Assembly: GCF_009914755.1 (NCBI RefSeq)
Contig: NC_060937.1
Source of the DNA: the human T2T-CHM13v2.0 reference genome, Homo sapiens
Reading direction: 5' to 3' (one strand)
Length of the DNA stretch: 64,000 bases
Shown piece by piece: positions 14,476-29,429 of this stretch. The stretch's first letter is position 1. Each line of letters starts with the position of its first letter. The translations under genes and the position numbers were made by a program. The notes beneath the pieces are model-generated. The model worked only from the letters and a program-made list of their open reading frames with translations, was not told where the DNA came from and searched no databases.

Positions 14476-15502
14476 AATATAGTCTCAAAGTTTTACGATA
14501 CATAGTCTCCTTTTACAGGAAATAAAAATTCTCTGGTGTTTTAATTTCATAGAGACTTAAATCCACACAACCTGGTATAAATTTCTTAACAGTTCAATGC
14601 ACCTATGAAATTTAAAAAATATATAAAATAAGTGGAAAAAACTAGAAAAGTAAGTTAATTTCAAATCAATAACATTTATTCAACTAGATTGTTTTGTTGA
14701 AATTAAATTACAAATGGTGGCTTTAATAATAAAGTATATGTGTTTGATCATAAGGAACATTTAGCCCAGCACCTATTTCTATTTTAAAGTTTTCTCCTAT
14801 GTTGAATTAAATATACTATAATTATAGAAAAATGTCTATATGCATTGGTATGTGTTATAAAATATTAATAATATTAAGACTTGATTCAGTGAGCTAATTA
14901 ATGAAACTCTGGCGTAGGAAGTTCTCTAATGCCAATTTAAATTAGAAGTCACTTATTCTGTACTGTTGTCTTGTCTACTTACATATAAAGTTTGCTTTAC
15001 TGAATTCTGCATTGCATGAGTGTATGGTACAATCACTGCCACTATCTGGAGCAGAAAACGTCTTTATTGGCAATGAACAGTTGCAAATTAATATCTATAA
15101 GCAAAGGAACCAGGTGACATGCCTGCTGTCAATATGAACATGGCAATGTCTGCTGTGGCAGAGGTTGTTTTGGGCTTACCTACCCTTACCAGTGAGAGAC
15201 GCATTACGGCTCAATTCCTCCACCACTTTGCTCGAATTATTGCAAAACCTTCATTCCTACAATGTACCACAAATATTTACATTTGGTCTTTACATGGAAT
15301 GAAGTTAAATGGAAAGGTAATTATTGGAGCAGAAATAGAAACAAGATTCAGTAACAGGCGGCAATGTAGATGATCCACAATATATTTACATTGAATGTTT
15401 AATTAAAGACAAAGTCAAAACACTTCATGGAAAAACCTGAAGGCCTCTGAGAATGTTTTCTGGGCTGGCAGGGGATTGTAGACCACAGTTTGAGAAATAC
15501 TG
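14476..15502. mobile_element. Possible hAT-Charlie DNA transposon remnant
   Basis: Right end ccacagtttgagaaatactg is a typical Charlie TIR; left end is degenerate (caatatagtctcaaagttt). Confidence 0.4.
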
Positions 15503-16209
15503 AATTCTGAGCATAATAGGCAATAAAAATATTAAGTCTTTTTCTAAGTGAGCACTCGAAATACGTTTCTTCTGTTGAGAAACTTAAAATTAGAAAACCA
15601 GTGGAAGAAGCATCAAGATTCTAAATAATCCTACTATCTATTGCTAGCTACACTCCGATTTTCCGATGGAAAATATAGCCTGCAGAAGATATAGCTAAAT
15701 ATTCAGCTGGGGATTTTCAAAATTGATGTAGATGAGAAACAGCGTAAATATATAGGAACATCAGACACTTTCTCAGATTCTTGTTTGATTTATTTGCCCA
15801 CTCAGCTGCTTTGGAATGGGCAGGAAAAAATGCCCTCTCTCCATTCTGCCTTTCCTCATTGTGCAATGATGATGCTAATGAGCAAAACATGTTCAATGAG
15901 AAGAGAACAAGGAGATACAGAAACCCCAGGGCACTGAAAATGAACTAACTGGTTGCCCTGTTCCCCTGCAGAGAGCTGATGATCCCACTAAAATAATAAG
16001 GCAGAATATTTTTAAAAGTTATACATTTATGGCATTTTGGAAAAGGTCAGTGTTTGTCGGCATGATACTTGTACAATATAAACGGAAAATTGTTAAGTGT
16101 ACAATCCTTTCAATTAAAAACAGGTAAAAATGTTAATGGGCAAACGATCAGGGTCAACCAGCAGGCCACCCCCACTGCAGCACATCCCTGGTCTCTATAT
16201 GACAACTGA

Positions 16210-16581
<372 letters not shown>

Positions 16582-16814
16582 CCAAGGAGATTTCTAAAAT
16601 GGCATGCAAAGCTTTGAGACCAGTTCACTGTAGTTTTCTCAGGGGAAAAAAAGTAAAACTTTCAAGAAAACTGGATTGTCAGTATCTTAACCGTAGAGTT
16701 AGTTCATGATTCCTTTTAAGAGACAAACTTAGAATCAAATCATTGATTATTGTAGCTGGGAGGAAGCTTAGACATGGACTAGTCTTATCAATTTATTTCA
16801 AAGCTAAGCCTGAC

Positions 16815-17060
16815 TGCAGAGTATACCTTAGTCGTTAGAGCATGGAATTTTTCATCCAATAAAATTTGGGTTGGGGTTTTAATTCTATGATGAATTGTAG
16901 GATGGCCAGGGTTAAAGGTACTAACTTTCCATTGCCTTTATCTATAAAATATGGATGATAGTATCTATCATATGAATGTGCCATGAAGATTAGGCCAGAT
17001 ATGAACATAAAGCACCCTGCATATGAAAAATACCTGAAGAATGGCTGTTAGAATTATTAA
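16815..17060 (+). mobile_element. MIR SINE
   Basis: gttagagcatgga..ccttatctataaaatatggatgatagtatctatcata..atgaagatta..ataaagcacc. Confidence 0.6.
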
Positions 17061-18269
17061 TGCTTGAAGTCATGTAATGAATTACTACTCTGATAGTAGA
17101 TGCCACAGAAAACATATGTTCTGCATATTATAATGCTTATTTAACACTAACCGCTACAAACAATTGCAGAAAGACCACACCGGTGTTCTTATCCTAACTT
17201 TGATATCTGTGGTTGCAGTATGTCATTATAAGTTCTCTCAATCTCTGTTTCTCATAATTAAAATATAAGAGAAGCCTACATATCCTTTTCAGTGCTTTTC
17301 TAGTGATACATTGTCTGAGTTCCTAAACTGTGAATGGCATGCAGCCGCCTCACTCCTTTTATACAAGGTGAGAGGAGAGACTGCACTTGAGTTGACACAA
17401 TGCTGTTACCACAATGGAAAGAATGAACTCAAGCTTAATTTTTCCACCCCCTACACGTTTTCTATGGCTCTATAGAAGATCTGCCAGTAAAAAATACTGT
17501 GTAATAATTATGATGAGCTAAGTTGATGGGTCCTGTGGGAGATCCAAATTTGAAGAAGTAAAACATACGCATAAGAAGAAAATGAACCTCATTCAACCCC
17601 AGGCATAGCTTATGGCAAATAAGAGCTGCTAAATTCATGTTGAGTCCTGCATATGAACAAAAGAGGAGGAGATGAGACATTAAGTGTTTTAAAGATGGAT
17701 GTGACTCACAAAAAATGCAGACATCCAGCGACAGGTAAATATGTCTGTCTTTCTGTGCTGTACTATGCCCATGTACAAGAACTATGTAGATGAACTGTAC
17801 AATTCATTTACAGTCACATTATATTTTCTTTTTATAGTCTCAGTCACCGTAGATGTTTATGCATTCCATTATTCAGGGAGACCGAGAAGATATATGTTTG
17901 TACACAAATAAAAGTATCCAAGAATAAAGGAAATAAAAAAAACAAGTAGAAAGTTGCTTTTTATTAAAAAGTTCTGAATCTTTAAACATGTGTTTCATCT
18001 TTAAATTGGTTTATATACTTAGAGAAATTCTCTACCTGAAATGCAGATTCCTTTTGTCTCTGACAATACATGCAAGAAAGATGAGCTGCATGTATCAAGA
18101 TCAGGTGCTGAGTATGGCTCAGGCCTCCACCACATGCCAGCTTGACACAATCTTATTTGAATCTCATATTGGTTTTACAATTCCATATTTGACCTCTCAC
18201 CAACTCCCTGCCAAGGATGTAGCATGGTTCAATTAGACTGCTTTTTGTTGTTGTTGTTGTTTGTTTGTT

Positions 18270-18430
18270 CCATTCATTTAGTAAATATTATTGAATGTCT
18301 GCTAGATTCTAGGCCCTGTGAAATCTCTTTGTGATACAGTCATGAACAAATGAGCCCCTGAGTTCAAATCTTACAGACAACATATCTTGTGTAAGATATA
18401 AGGAACACAGAAAATTATGCTGCGATAATC
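18270..18430 (-). mobile_element. L2 3' fragment
   Basis: cattcatttagtaaatattattgaatgtctgcta..aggccctgtg. Confidence 0.6.
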
Positions 18431-18725
18431 TAGGAACCTCTTAGAAAATTGAGAAAATGTTCAACCTTATTTCTCCCCATGGTTTCAAAATAAGTTGTAA
18501 AATGCAATTTCGGTCACTGTCCATCAAAATGCTACTCAAGGCTAAACTTGGAATGTAACTATGGAAATGGGAAATATTCAAGAAGAGATAGGAAATCATA
18601 AGTGCATAGAACTCATTGACTATGTAAACTGTAATACCCAACATACATGAACATATGTGAACCTGACCACCACTTTCATGAGTTTAAGTTCTTACCTAAA
18701 AGAGTTAGGTCAATCCTACAGAAGT

Positions 18726-19107
18726 TGATATAGTTTGGCTCTGTGACCCCACCCAAATCTCATTTCAAATTGTAATTCCCATAATCCCCACCTGTCGAGG
18801 GAGGGACCAGGTGAGAGGTGAGTGAATCATAAGGGAGGTTTCCCCCATGCTGTTCTCGTGATAGTGAGTGAGTTCTCATGAGATCTGATGGTCTTCTAAG
18901 TAAGTGTTTGACAGTTCCTCCTTCAGAGGCTCCCTCTTGCCTGCTGCCATGTAAGGTGTGCCTGCTTCCCCTTCCACCATGATTGTAAATTTTCTGAAGC
19001 CTTCCCAGCCATGCAGAACTATGAGTCAATTAAACCTCTTTTCTTTATAAATTACAGTTTCTTTATAAATTGCAGTTCTTTGTGGCAATGTAGAAAAGAC
19101 TAAAATG
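18726..19107 (+). mobile_element. THE1 (THE1D-like) MaLR solo LTR
   Basis: tgatatagtttggctctgtgaccccacccaaatctcat..; 5-bp TSD GAAGT at 18721-18725 and 19108-19112. Confidence 0.93.
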
Positions 19108-19304
19108 GAAGTGAAAATTTGCATTACCCAAACTAATAATAATATTTTAGAGTTATTTTTTAAGAACATAAATTTTAGTATTTCTTTGTTGACTCATCTT
19201 ATGTGGATACTTCTTAGTACATGATGAGATTCATATTCTAGCAGGAAACCTGACCGATATTCTTCATAATCTTACTCTTGCTAATCTTACTCCTGCTGTT
19301 TTTT

Positions 19305-19660
19305 TCTAATCACTCCCCTGTCATACACCATCATTCAGCCATAATGATGTCTTTCCTGTTCTCTGGACAAATATGCTGTTTCACACAACAGTGCCTGCAC
19401 ATATGCTGCTACCATTTGTGAGAAATGCTCTATCATTTTCATGTACTGGAAAAATCCCTACTCATATTTCAGAACTTCTGCAGATTGTTCTAGTCTCTCC
19501 TCTCACCCTTAAATATTCACTAAGACCATCTATTAGAGCCTTTACCAATTTATCTTGTAAAACATTATCTAACCTAACTGGGTCATGAGTTTTCAAAGGA
19601 CAATGTATTGTTCATTTTTGTATCAACAGTAAACTTTGTTTGAATCAAATGTAATGACAA
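19305..19660 (+). mobile_element. L2 fragment
   Basis: gcctgcacatatgctgctaccatt..aaatccctactcatatttcaga..tcatttttgtatc. Confidence 0.5.
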
Positions 19661-22175
19661 AATTTAGAGTCTCTCTAAACTTCAAAGAACAAATGTAGGT
19701 ATGTTCCAACAGCAGGAGACTTTAAAAGGGAAAATGATTCGAGAATGATGGGAGGCTCTCAAAATGAAATTCTGAAGATAGCCTAACATATGACCTTACT
19801 AAGGAAAAAAAAATGCCTCTATTTGAAGAGGCTTATGTAGTTGTACAGCCTGTTGGCCAATGAGTTAAGATATTAATGAGCAAGTATACAAAATGAAAAA
19901 ATAACCAGAAGCAGAGATAAGATGGGAACTCAGGAGTTAGGTGATTCATTCTAGGGCACTAAATTACTCATAAAGCTTTGCAATATCCACTAGGCCACAG
20001 AAGATGTGTCCTGTGGTGACACTGTCACTATCCAAGGGGACTGATTAAGCTGATGAGATGGATTATTGAGGCAGGAACAAGATTTTTTGTTTCATCGACT
20101 CCCAGTGGTATGAACTAGGATCCTATTAGGGTCTTCCGTGAAGTTCACACTCCAGCCCACATGGAGAAAGAGATTAGCAAAGGATAGACAGGATGTTAGA
20201 GCCCCAGCTGAAGGAGTTAGTCGGAGTCCCATTTCCTGTAAGGTACAAGAGTGCAAATCAGGGCCTACAGAGGTGAGTTATTGGGCCAGGAAATTATAGA
20301 GTGGAATAATTGAGGATAAGTTGTTACTGGGTACTTGCAGGTACATAGGAGTAAACAGAGGGGAAAATACCCACTAGGGACAAGAGATACCAAGATTACA
20401 AAGTGAGATCAATTCTCCTCTCACAGTTGGCAGTGGTGACTGTAATATATCATTGGCTGTTTCAGCTGTGTCTTGTAGCAGGGTGAGGTTATTAAGACAA
20501 AAATGGATTATAGCACTGACAAGGTAACACAGCTACTATAGGCTATTCAGACCTAATATTCATTAGTAAGGGTACGTTTATAGAAATGTATCTAGAGCAA
20601 AATATGTGATTGACACTCCCTACTTTTGCAGCCTTAGGTGCATACTTAGAATATCATGTTATGTTCTCAGCATGAATTTTAAGGTAGAAAAGGACACTAG
20701 AACATATTGAATGAAATCAAAAGCCAGAGTTCAATATAACATCAAACTCTGTCTGTAAGTACAGGGTTACTTTTTGCCAGAATTGATATAGAACAATTTA
20801 AATGTAGGCAACGAATTAAACCTAGAATATGTGAAGTTGGAGGAATTAGTATCAATAATTTGAAGTTGGAGAAAGCTTATACTAAATTTAAAGACCTCTC
20901 CAGAGGTAGAGCTGCAGAAACAAAAACAGAATGGTTTGCCTTGTGCAAAATATATACTGATATAAATCATGCTCATTGGTCAAATACTTTGTTTAATATA
21001 TTAATAGATGAGAAAGAAATTATAATTCTTAACTCACAGAAATCTATGATTTTTAGATTTCTGTTATTGCAAACAATGTTGTCATGACCATTAGGTTCCA
21101 TGAGTGAAAGTTTCTCAGGGGACATAACTCAGAGAAAATGTTCTTATGGTCAATAGCAGGCATTTCTAATTTGCTCAGCAGTATATGAATTTCCACTGCT
21201 CCATATCCTCAGCATTACTTGATATTGTTGGATTTTAATATTTGACTATCTGTTGAATGTGAGATAATAATTTTGATTTTAATTTTCAAACCAGTAAGGT
21301 CTCATTTTAATATATTTAATTGTCATTTGTATTTTTTTCTTTCATGGAATGCCTACTCATTTCTCTACTTATCTTCAATTGGGTGGTCCATCTTTTCTTT
21401 TTAATTAGTCAAAGTTATTAATATATTTTGCATAATAATCTTTTGTTGGTTAAGCATGTATCAAACATCTTCTCCTAGTTCATGGCTTATTTTTGCAATT
21501 CTATAGTACCTTTTAACAACAAAATATTTTTAAAATAATTAGTTAATTTTAATTTTTTCTAACTTGTTTGCATTTTTCTTTTTTTCTGTGTCTTCTTTAA
21601 GAAAACTTTCATTACTTTGTGGTTATAAAAACACACTGCTAATACTGTTTTGTCATATTTAGTAACATAACCCAACTGAAATTGCTTTTTCTATATGGTG
21701 TAAAAAAGGATTCAGGTTTATTTGTCTGCATATGGTTAACTAGTTGACTCAGCACCAGTTATTGAACAATCTTCTTTCTCAGCTATGTTGTATGCTAGGT
21801 TTCTCAGAGGCACTGGCCTTGGTCTGTGCTATTTTGTTTCAATTGTGTCTTGGCCTACCCATAAACAATGCTATGTGGCCTTAACTATTAAGCTTTAAAA
21901 TAACTTGAAAATACATTTTAAGTTCTAGTACACCAAATCCCCCAGCCATTTCCTTCTTCAAAATTATCTTGACTCCTCTTGGCCTTTTTCAAGCCCATAT
22001 AAATTTTCAAATTAGCTTGCCAAATTTCATGAAACACCCAGGTTAGTTATAGATTGGCATGACTTGATTGTATAGATTAATTTGGGGAAAATTGACAACT
22101 TCGCCATATTGGTTCTACTTACCTTGAATGTCACATGATCTTTTGTTTATTTGAGTTTTTCTTAATATTTTTCTA

Positions 22176-22832
<657 letters not shown>

Positions 22833-23053
22833 AGTTAATTAAAAAAAAATTTTTCTGCTAGATATACCCCTAGACATTAGAATTTCTTGCTTTTTCTTTT
22901 TGCTACCATAACCATTATCTCTTTTTAAATTACAAATCCAGATAGCTTATTATTAGTCAGTGGAAATAAAACTGATTTTCACATATTGATCTAATAGTCA
23001 GCAACACTGACAACTATCTTATACATTCTAAAATGATGTCTATCAATTATCTT

Positions 23054-23143
23054 GAGGCCAAGGCAAGAGAATCGCTTGAGACCAGGAGTTCAAGACTAGC
23101 CTGGGCAACATAATGGCACCCCATGTTAATTAAAAATAATAAT
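23054..23143 (+). mobile_element. Truncated Alu left monomer / FLAM fragment
   Basis: gaggccaaggcaagagaatcgcttgagaccaggagttcaagactagcctgggcaacata, then an A-rich tail. Confidence 0.75.
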
Positions 23144-24315
23144 GATAGATAATTTATTTGTTGTTTCTATAAACACAGTGGTATAATCTTAAAATAATGA
23201 TAGTTTTGATAGTTTTATTTTTCTTTTTCCAATTCTTATACATGTTATTTATTTTTCTTATACTGAACAGAAATGATCAGGCATGTTTGTCTCATTTCTT
23301 ATTTTAAAGGAATGTTTCCAACATTTCTTCATTAAAAGATGTGCCAGTAAGGGTTCTGTTATAAGAAAAAAAGAAAATAGCTTATCTGATTATCTTAAGC
23401 ATAAAAATAGTTAATGTAGAGCATTAGGTCCTGGTAAAATGTTTTAAAATGCTGGAGTAGTGGACCTTGACTGTTTATCCAGGGAAATACCCACATGTCC
23501 TGACCCAGCTTTCCAAAACAGCCAGGAGTAAAGCTTCCACTCAACCTCCACTTCCTATGCCTCATGTAAGTTTATCTAACTGGAAGAAGTTAATTCACTT
23601 TCAGGACCCTATCTGTGAGAGATGCTGGGAAGTGCAGCTACTAACTTTAAAGTCTTTGCAAAGACTCACTAGAGTGTACGCTCTTCCGCATCTATACTTA
23701 CCCTTCCATTTGCATTTGCACTTTCAAAAAGTGTGGTCCAAATTACATTTCCCCACACCCTGAAAAGGGAACTCCATAGAACTATCAATCACCGTGCACA
23801 TCTGTGGATGATGCTTTTCTCTCCTCCGGGTCAGTCCCAATCCACTTTTCTGTCCTAAAACCTAAGGATTTAGTTAAAAAGTTAGCCTCCATCAACAGTC
23901 CTTTTATTGATCTTACAAAAATGAGAGAGAATAAAAGAAAATTGTTTAATTTTTAACAAGTATATGCTTAACAATGCAAGAATAAATAAATGAGTAATTA
24001 TTAAAGTCTTTGTTCCTGTAATTTATCAAGAAATCTAAATGACATCTAAAATGTCTTATCCCTCTAACCATTCCATGTTTCCATTGCCTCATTCAGCACT
24101 TCAGGAAGATTGGTTCTTTATTTGGGAGTGTAGGTGGAGGACCCAAATCTTCATTTCCACAGGGTATGAGCTTCTAATGGTCTTGTATGTATAAGATTGC
24201 AGAAGTCTTCCATGAATTTTTACCACTGGATATGACATTAGAATGATGAACCCCAAATGATTTCCTGGGCTCCTAATTCTTTCCTCCTATCTTACCTTGC
24301 CAAGAGCAGCCCTAT

Positions 24316-24963
24316 TGTTACAGGAGTTACTAAGAAATTACTTTAGGCAGACCGAGGGGAAAAGGGGTCCTTGGGAAGTTTTCGTTTCTTTTAAAGCAGC
24401 TCCAGAAACGTTTCTTGTCTAGCAGGGAAAGCCCGGCTCTGGCTCTTAGAGCCAGGCTGGCAACCTTTGATATGCAAATGTTGGCCATTAGAAACTGGGT
24501 CCACCCAAACATGACGATTCCTGCCACTTTCTTCTTGCATTTGTCCCACATGTGCCTGGCAACATGGCTGCCCCCACATAGCCCTACGTGTGTAGAACAT
24601 CATGGCACCCTGCATTTGCATATTAAAGTTAGGGTGGGAGGGCCAGTTTTTTCAGCAGCTACGTGAGTGACATGCCTGGTCAAACCAATCCCCTGAGCCC
24701 TATGCAAATCAAACACCACCTCTTCCCGCATCCTCATATAAGCAGCCACTTTTCCACCCACTGCACACGGGGTTTTCTCTTTGTTTGAATCCCCCCCTCC
24801 TTCTGTCTCTGTTTGGGGGAGCTGTTTTCTTCTTCCTTCCTTCTTTCTTGCCTATTACACTTTTTGCTTCTTAAAACCACTCCACATGTGTCCATGTAGT
24901 TTTATCCGAACTGGCGCGAGAACCAAGAACCCTGCTGTTCCTCCATTCATGGTAGCTGTATCA
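24316..24963 (+). mobile_element. ERV1 solo LTR, LTR9B-like (HUERS-P3 group)
   Basis: TGTTACAGGAGTTACTAAGAAATTAC..GTATCA; near-TSD ctat/ctgt; three ATGCAAAT octamers. Confidence 0.8.
24465..24479 (+). promoter_or_regulatory. SOX-OCT-like composite motif CTTTGATATGCAAAT
   Basis: One mismatch from the canonical CTTTGTTATGCAAAT. Confidence 0.55.
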
Positions 24964-26028
24964 CTGTTTTCTCTGTGCTATTCAGGATTTACAAGTGCAG
25001 CGGATGCAGAGTATTTTGGGGCTTATTTACGAGTGCAGTGGGCACAGAATATTTTGAGGATTATTGGATCAATGGCATAATGAGCCAGAAATGGCAAGTT
25101 GATAGTCTCAGTGGAAACGTTTTTATGCCTCTGATGAATCATCTCTCCTTTGTACCCTGACTTCTGACCAAGCAGAGGCTAAATGTACGGTGTCAGGAAG
25201 CAAACATTTGCATATGGCTCGCAGGTCTTAGAGCGGCAGGTGCTGCTCCTCCTTTCACCCCTGGGTTCCCCAATCCAAAGTTCTAGTTATGGAAAAAACA
25301 GAATTTTTTCTTCACTGATCTTTCAGTATATACACTACATCCTATAGGACAACCCCCCAAACTCTCAAGGTATTTTCCCTCAGTTGATGCTGTAACAGAA
25401 CTGTCAGTGAGTCAGCTGCATCTTATAATTGGTACATGGTAAGATGTGTGAATGTGTTATGGTGTCAGTCTATTGCTTAATTTTTTTTTTTTTGTCATTA
25501 GAAAGAGACAGAGAGGAACTTGATCAGAAATAACGCTATGTGAAATACCATGAAAGGAATAAGGCATTCAGTAATTTTACAGTGGTAACCCTGAAAGACA
25601 TAGAGCAGGCACTTAAGTCAAATTCATATCCAAAGTCAGTATATGGTTCAGCAAAGAGTTATCAGAGCCCTGGCTCATAATGGACTTGAGCCAATGGAAT
25701 CCACCTGCCACCAGAGGGCTGGTGTTCTCCAAAAGAATGGTGTCACTTCAGGGGATGAGATTGGTCTCTGTTTTGGTAAAACAGGCACTCAACAGTGTTG
25801 GTAGGCAGTTTAGCTTTGTGAAATTAAGTCCACATAATTGAAGGCTCTATTTAAATTGATTAACTTTGAGGTCCTTTTTGGTTTTTGTTTATTTTTTCCT
25901 GATAAAATCGCACTGCAGTCAAAATGAATGTTACTAGTTACTTTATTTGACATTTGTTAATACTTGCTTTAGGACTCAGCCAACATTTTTATAAATGCTT
26001 TACGTGCCCTTGAGAAGAAATTGTTTTC

Positions 26029-26110
26029 TGTATGTGCATATGTATTTGTGTACATATATATACACACATACATATATATACATATATATTCAAAGTATAT
26101 ATATGTATAC
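26029..26110. repeat. TA/CA low-complexity microsatellite
   Basis: Degenerate (TA)n/(CA)n. Confidence 0.75.
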
Positions 26111-26599
26111 TTTGAAAACAGGCTATATGTGCATGCTATTATTAACTTTTAAAAATATACTATATTCGCCTACAAAAACTCCAAGATGTCCTACTAAAAA
26201 AAAAAACTTTTTGAACTTTAACACTGAACTTGTCCACAAAAGTTTGTATATGTTCTATGAAACTCTTATGAACTATATATTCTTATGAACTATATAATGT
26301 TATTTAATTTTTTTGTTATCTTTGGCTCTTCCTCTATGGGCATTGGCAGTAAAATCTTTACCAAAAAATATGTTGCCAGCTTTTGAGAGAGGGCAAAGTG
26401 GCTGACTTTCCTGAGTCTGCTGGAAGGAAGAAAAGAAAAAGTTAGGGAAACCATTTACAGAATGAGAAAGAGCCAAGGGACTCATTTCTTTGAGGCTCTA
26501 TCTTCTCTCTGCTCAGAGTCTCTAAAAGAGAAATAAATAAATTCCAGTGTCGCTGAGAAGTCTGGAAAATTTAGCAACTTGACTAACACCTTTGCTAAG

Positions 26600-27262
26600 A
26601 ACCAAGTCAGAGAATCTTGCAAAACTTCACCCGGATTCCATGAAAAAATAAGCCAGTGGGCTTCTGTTGAACAGCCTATGGACCAATTCCTTTAAATTTC
26701 CTGGAAGTCCAGTGTTTGATATAGAGGACGTGAGGCACACCCTTCATCTCGTTAAAAGGCCTTTTGTCTGACAGATATCTCTAGAGTGCCACATTTGGTC
26801 TTTCTAAGGTTTGAACAAAACATTTCACAGTAACATCTTCATCCTCGTCTTTAGGCCATGCTTTCTTGGTGGTGCTTGGATTAGATATTTGCTCAGAAGC
26901 CATTTTTTAATTTTGGTATCGTTCGGCATGTGGAGAGTTGAGAATCTTCCAAACCAGCAAGTCATGATTTATTTTTGTTGAACAGTCGTTCCTTTACTTA
27001 CTCCTGTCCTCTCACCGTTTGTTACAAGCAGCAGGGAAACCAGGTGACGCTTGCAACACCCTGGTCAAAAATCTCCTCAGTTACATAACCCAGTGAATTA
27101 GATACATTTTATACCTCCCACATACCTGCATTTGACAGTGTTGCCCCCTGTATCTCTGAAATAACAAATCCACACCATCTTGTCATTTTAAACCATGGTG
27201 CCATTCCCTGGATGCAGGAGGGTTTTTAATCTCTAAAACCCCACACTAAATTTCCTGTATTA
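26600..27262 (-). mobile_element. Probable MaLR (MLT1) internal sequence
   Basis: Resembles antisense MLT1-int, ending ..aaatttcctgtatta. Confidence 0.4.
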
Positions 27263-28133
27263 TCTCATCAGACAGTCAATCCTCGATGAAGACTGCCATT
27301 TTCAGGCAATTGAGAGCAAAATCCAATGGTAACACAAGAAGAGGGAGAGCAGATGGAGGAAGGAGGAGATGGTAGGAGGGTGAGGGTGGAAGCAGCAGAC
27401 CAGCAAGACAGATGTCAATAAATGGAGTCAAAAAATATTTAAAAACTCCCACCTGTGCCTATCATGTCTACTAGGGCCAGTGCAGAATCTAGAAGATAAT
27501 TTTAACCCATTAAGATACCTGCTTTTTGTCTCAGGTCCAAATATGATAGCACCTAATGGTGTGACTTTGAGAAAATCAGTTTATCTCTTTAGGTCTCAGG
27601 TTTCTTTTCTGAGAAATGAGGATCTACAGTGTCCCTTAGGTTAAGTTCTAAGCTTGTGATTCATTGGAATAGTTGTGCAAAGAATAAACTATGCATTCTT
27701 CATTATCTTCAGTATCTGAGGATGAGTGTCTGACAGAAAACAGCCCTGAGCAAGCTGCACAGTTGTGTGTTCCCCTTCCAGTCTGGTGTTCAGATATCAT
27801 AAATGCACTCTCTCTATTCATATTCAGGGAGACATGACCTATTGGTGCTGTCGCTGTTCTTGCCCTGTTTGTTTTTGTTTTAGCTTTTCCACCAGTACAG
27901 CCACATCAATTTTGACAGTTCAGTCACTGCAATCACATTTGCCTCACTATTGTCCCCTGCTATTGATAACATATTATTTAGTGTTGAATATATCTTCTAA
28001 CACTTAGAAGACAAAAGAGAGTTGCTATTCTTTTTCTTCACACCACGGTGTGTCAAATATTCTGCTGGAGACTAATAACACTGAATACTTTTTGAAGAAG
28101 TAAAAAATAAAATGGATATATTTAATGCCATAT

Positions 28134-28720
28134 TGATACAGGAGTTAAGATGAAATCACTTAGGCAGAGAGTAAGGGTATGGGATTCCTCAGTAAGGCTT
28201 TTCTCTTTAATGAAAAGCAGTCCCAAATCATTGTCTAGCAAAGAGCAGCCTGTAAAGTTGAGCTGAAGACATAGTCAAGCAAGATGGGAGCTTGCACGGT
28301 GAATGCCAGCAGGAACAGAGGACTAGACATGTTCAAGATGGTGGCTCCATCTTCCCTCCTCTTTGTCAGCTATCTGTACAGTAAGGAGCAGATAAGATGG
28401 CACCAATCAACTGGAAAGCCTATTTGCAAAATAAGATTAGAGTGGGGCCACCAGCCTTCCCCTCACACTGTGTAAACATCATACCTGATCCAATTAATCT
28501 GTGAGTCTTACCTAAATCGGACACTGCCTCCTCAAACCGGACTATAAAATCCGGCCCATTCACTTGCAGCCAGTCTTTTCCTCTTTGAGGGCCCTCTCTC
28601 TATATAGAAAGAGCTGTTTCTCTTCTGCCTATTAAACTTCCACTCCTAAACTCCTCACGTGTGTCCATCTCCTAAACAACAAACTCCAGGGTATATACCC
28701 CAGACAATGTAGCCACTTCA
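28134..28720 (+). mobile_element. ERV1 solo LTR (LTR9/MER61-related group)
   Basis: TGATACAGGAGTTAAGATGAAATCACTTAGGCAG..CACTTCA; TATA-like ctataaaa; ATTAAA; 4-bp TSD ATAT at 28130-28133 and 28721-28724. Confidence 0.85.
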
Positions 28721-29429
28721 ATATTATTAACACTTTTTTTGATCTATATTTTTATGAAGAAACATTGAAAATGTTGTAAACCAGTAACAACCATCCTGGA
28801 AAGCTATAAGAAAAGAAATTTTATGTAATGAATTGTAGTAATTTAGAGATGGAAAGAAGAAAATAGATCCTGAAGAAAGTTATTAGTTAGGAAACTTATC
28901 TAGTATTAAGCATGCAAAAAATCATCTCTGAATTTCTAAAAGCTTCTTAATTCTCATTCCATTGGCATTTATCTCAAATTTATTTCTATCATTAGATTTA
29001 TCCTGAAGTATTATACTTATCATAATACATTTGAAAGAAGTTTATTTTAAGTACTCAATCCATATATTTCTTTTAAATGTTAATAGTTATTACAGTTTTT
29101 GAGCACTATGTCTTGTGTAGTGTGGAAATAAAAAATAAAATGTCAGGTTTCTAACATCAAGAAGCTTACAGCTAATTAGACTAGTGTGTCAGGTGAGTGT
29201 ATGAAGCTGGGCATCACTTTAACTCCCCACGGAACACTGGTCCTGCACAAATCACTGGCTTCTTGCTCAGTGGTTTCATCATCTGTAGAAAGGGGCTTGC
29301 ACTTTGCCTCAGAGCCCTGAAAATGGCATAGCTCAAACATATGTGGTGTACTGAGAACTTTCATGACCATCAACAAACATCAGATTCCATCTGTTCTTTT
29401 CTGAAAACACAAGAATTGCTTGTTTTGCA

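Noticed and set aside
24316-28720. Two similar LTRs as the ends of one provirus
   Set aside because: They diverge beyond the 5' end, each has its own TSD, and no gag/pol remnant is evident between them.
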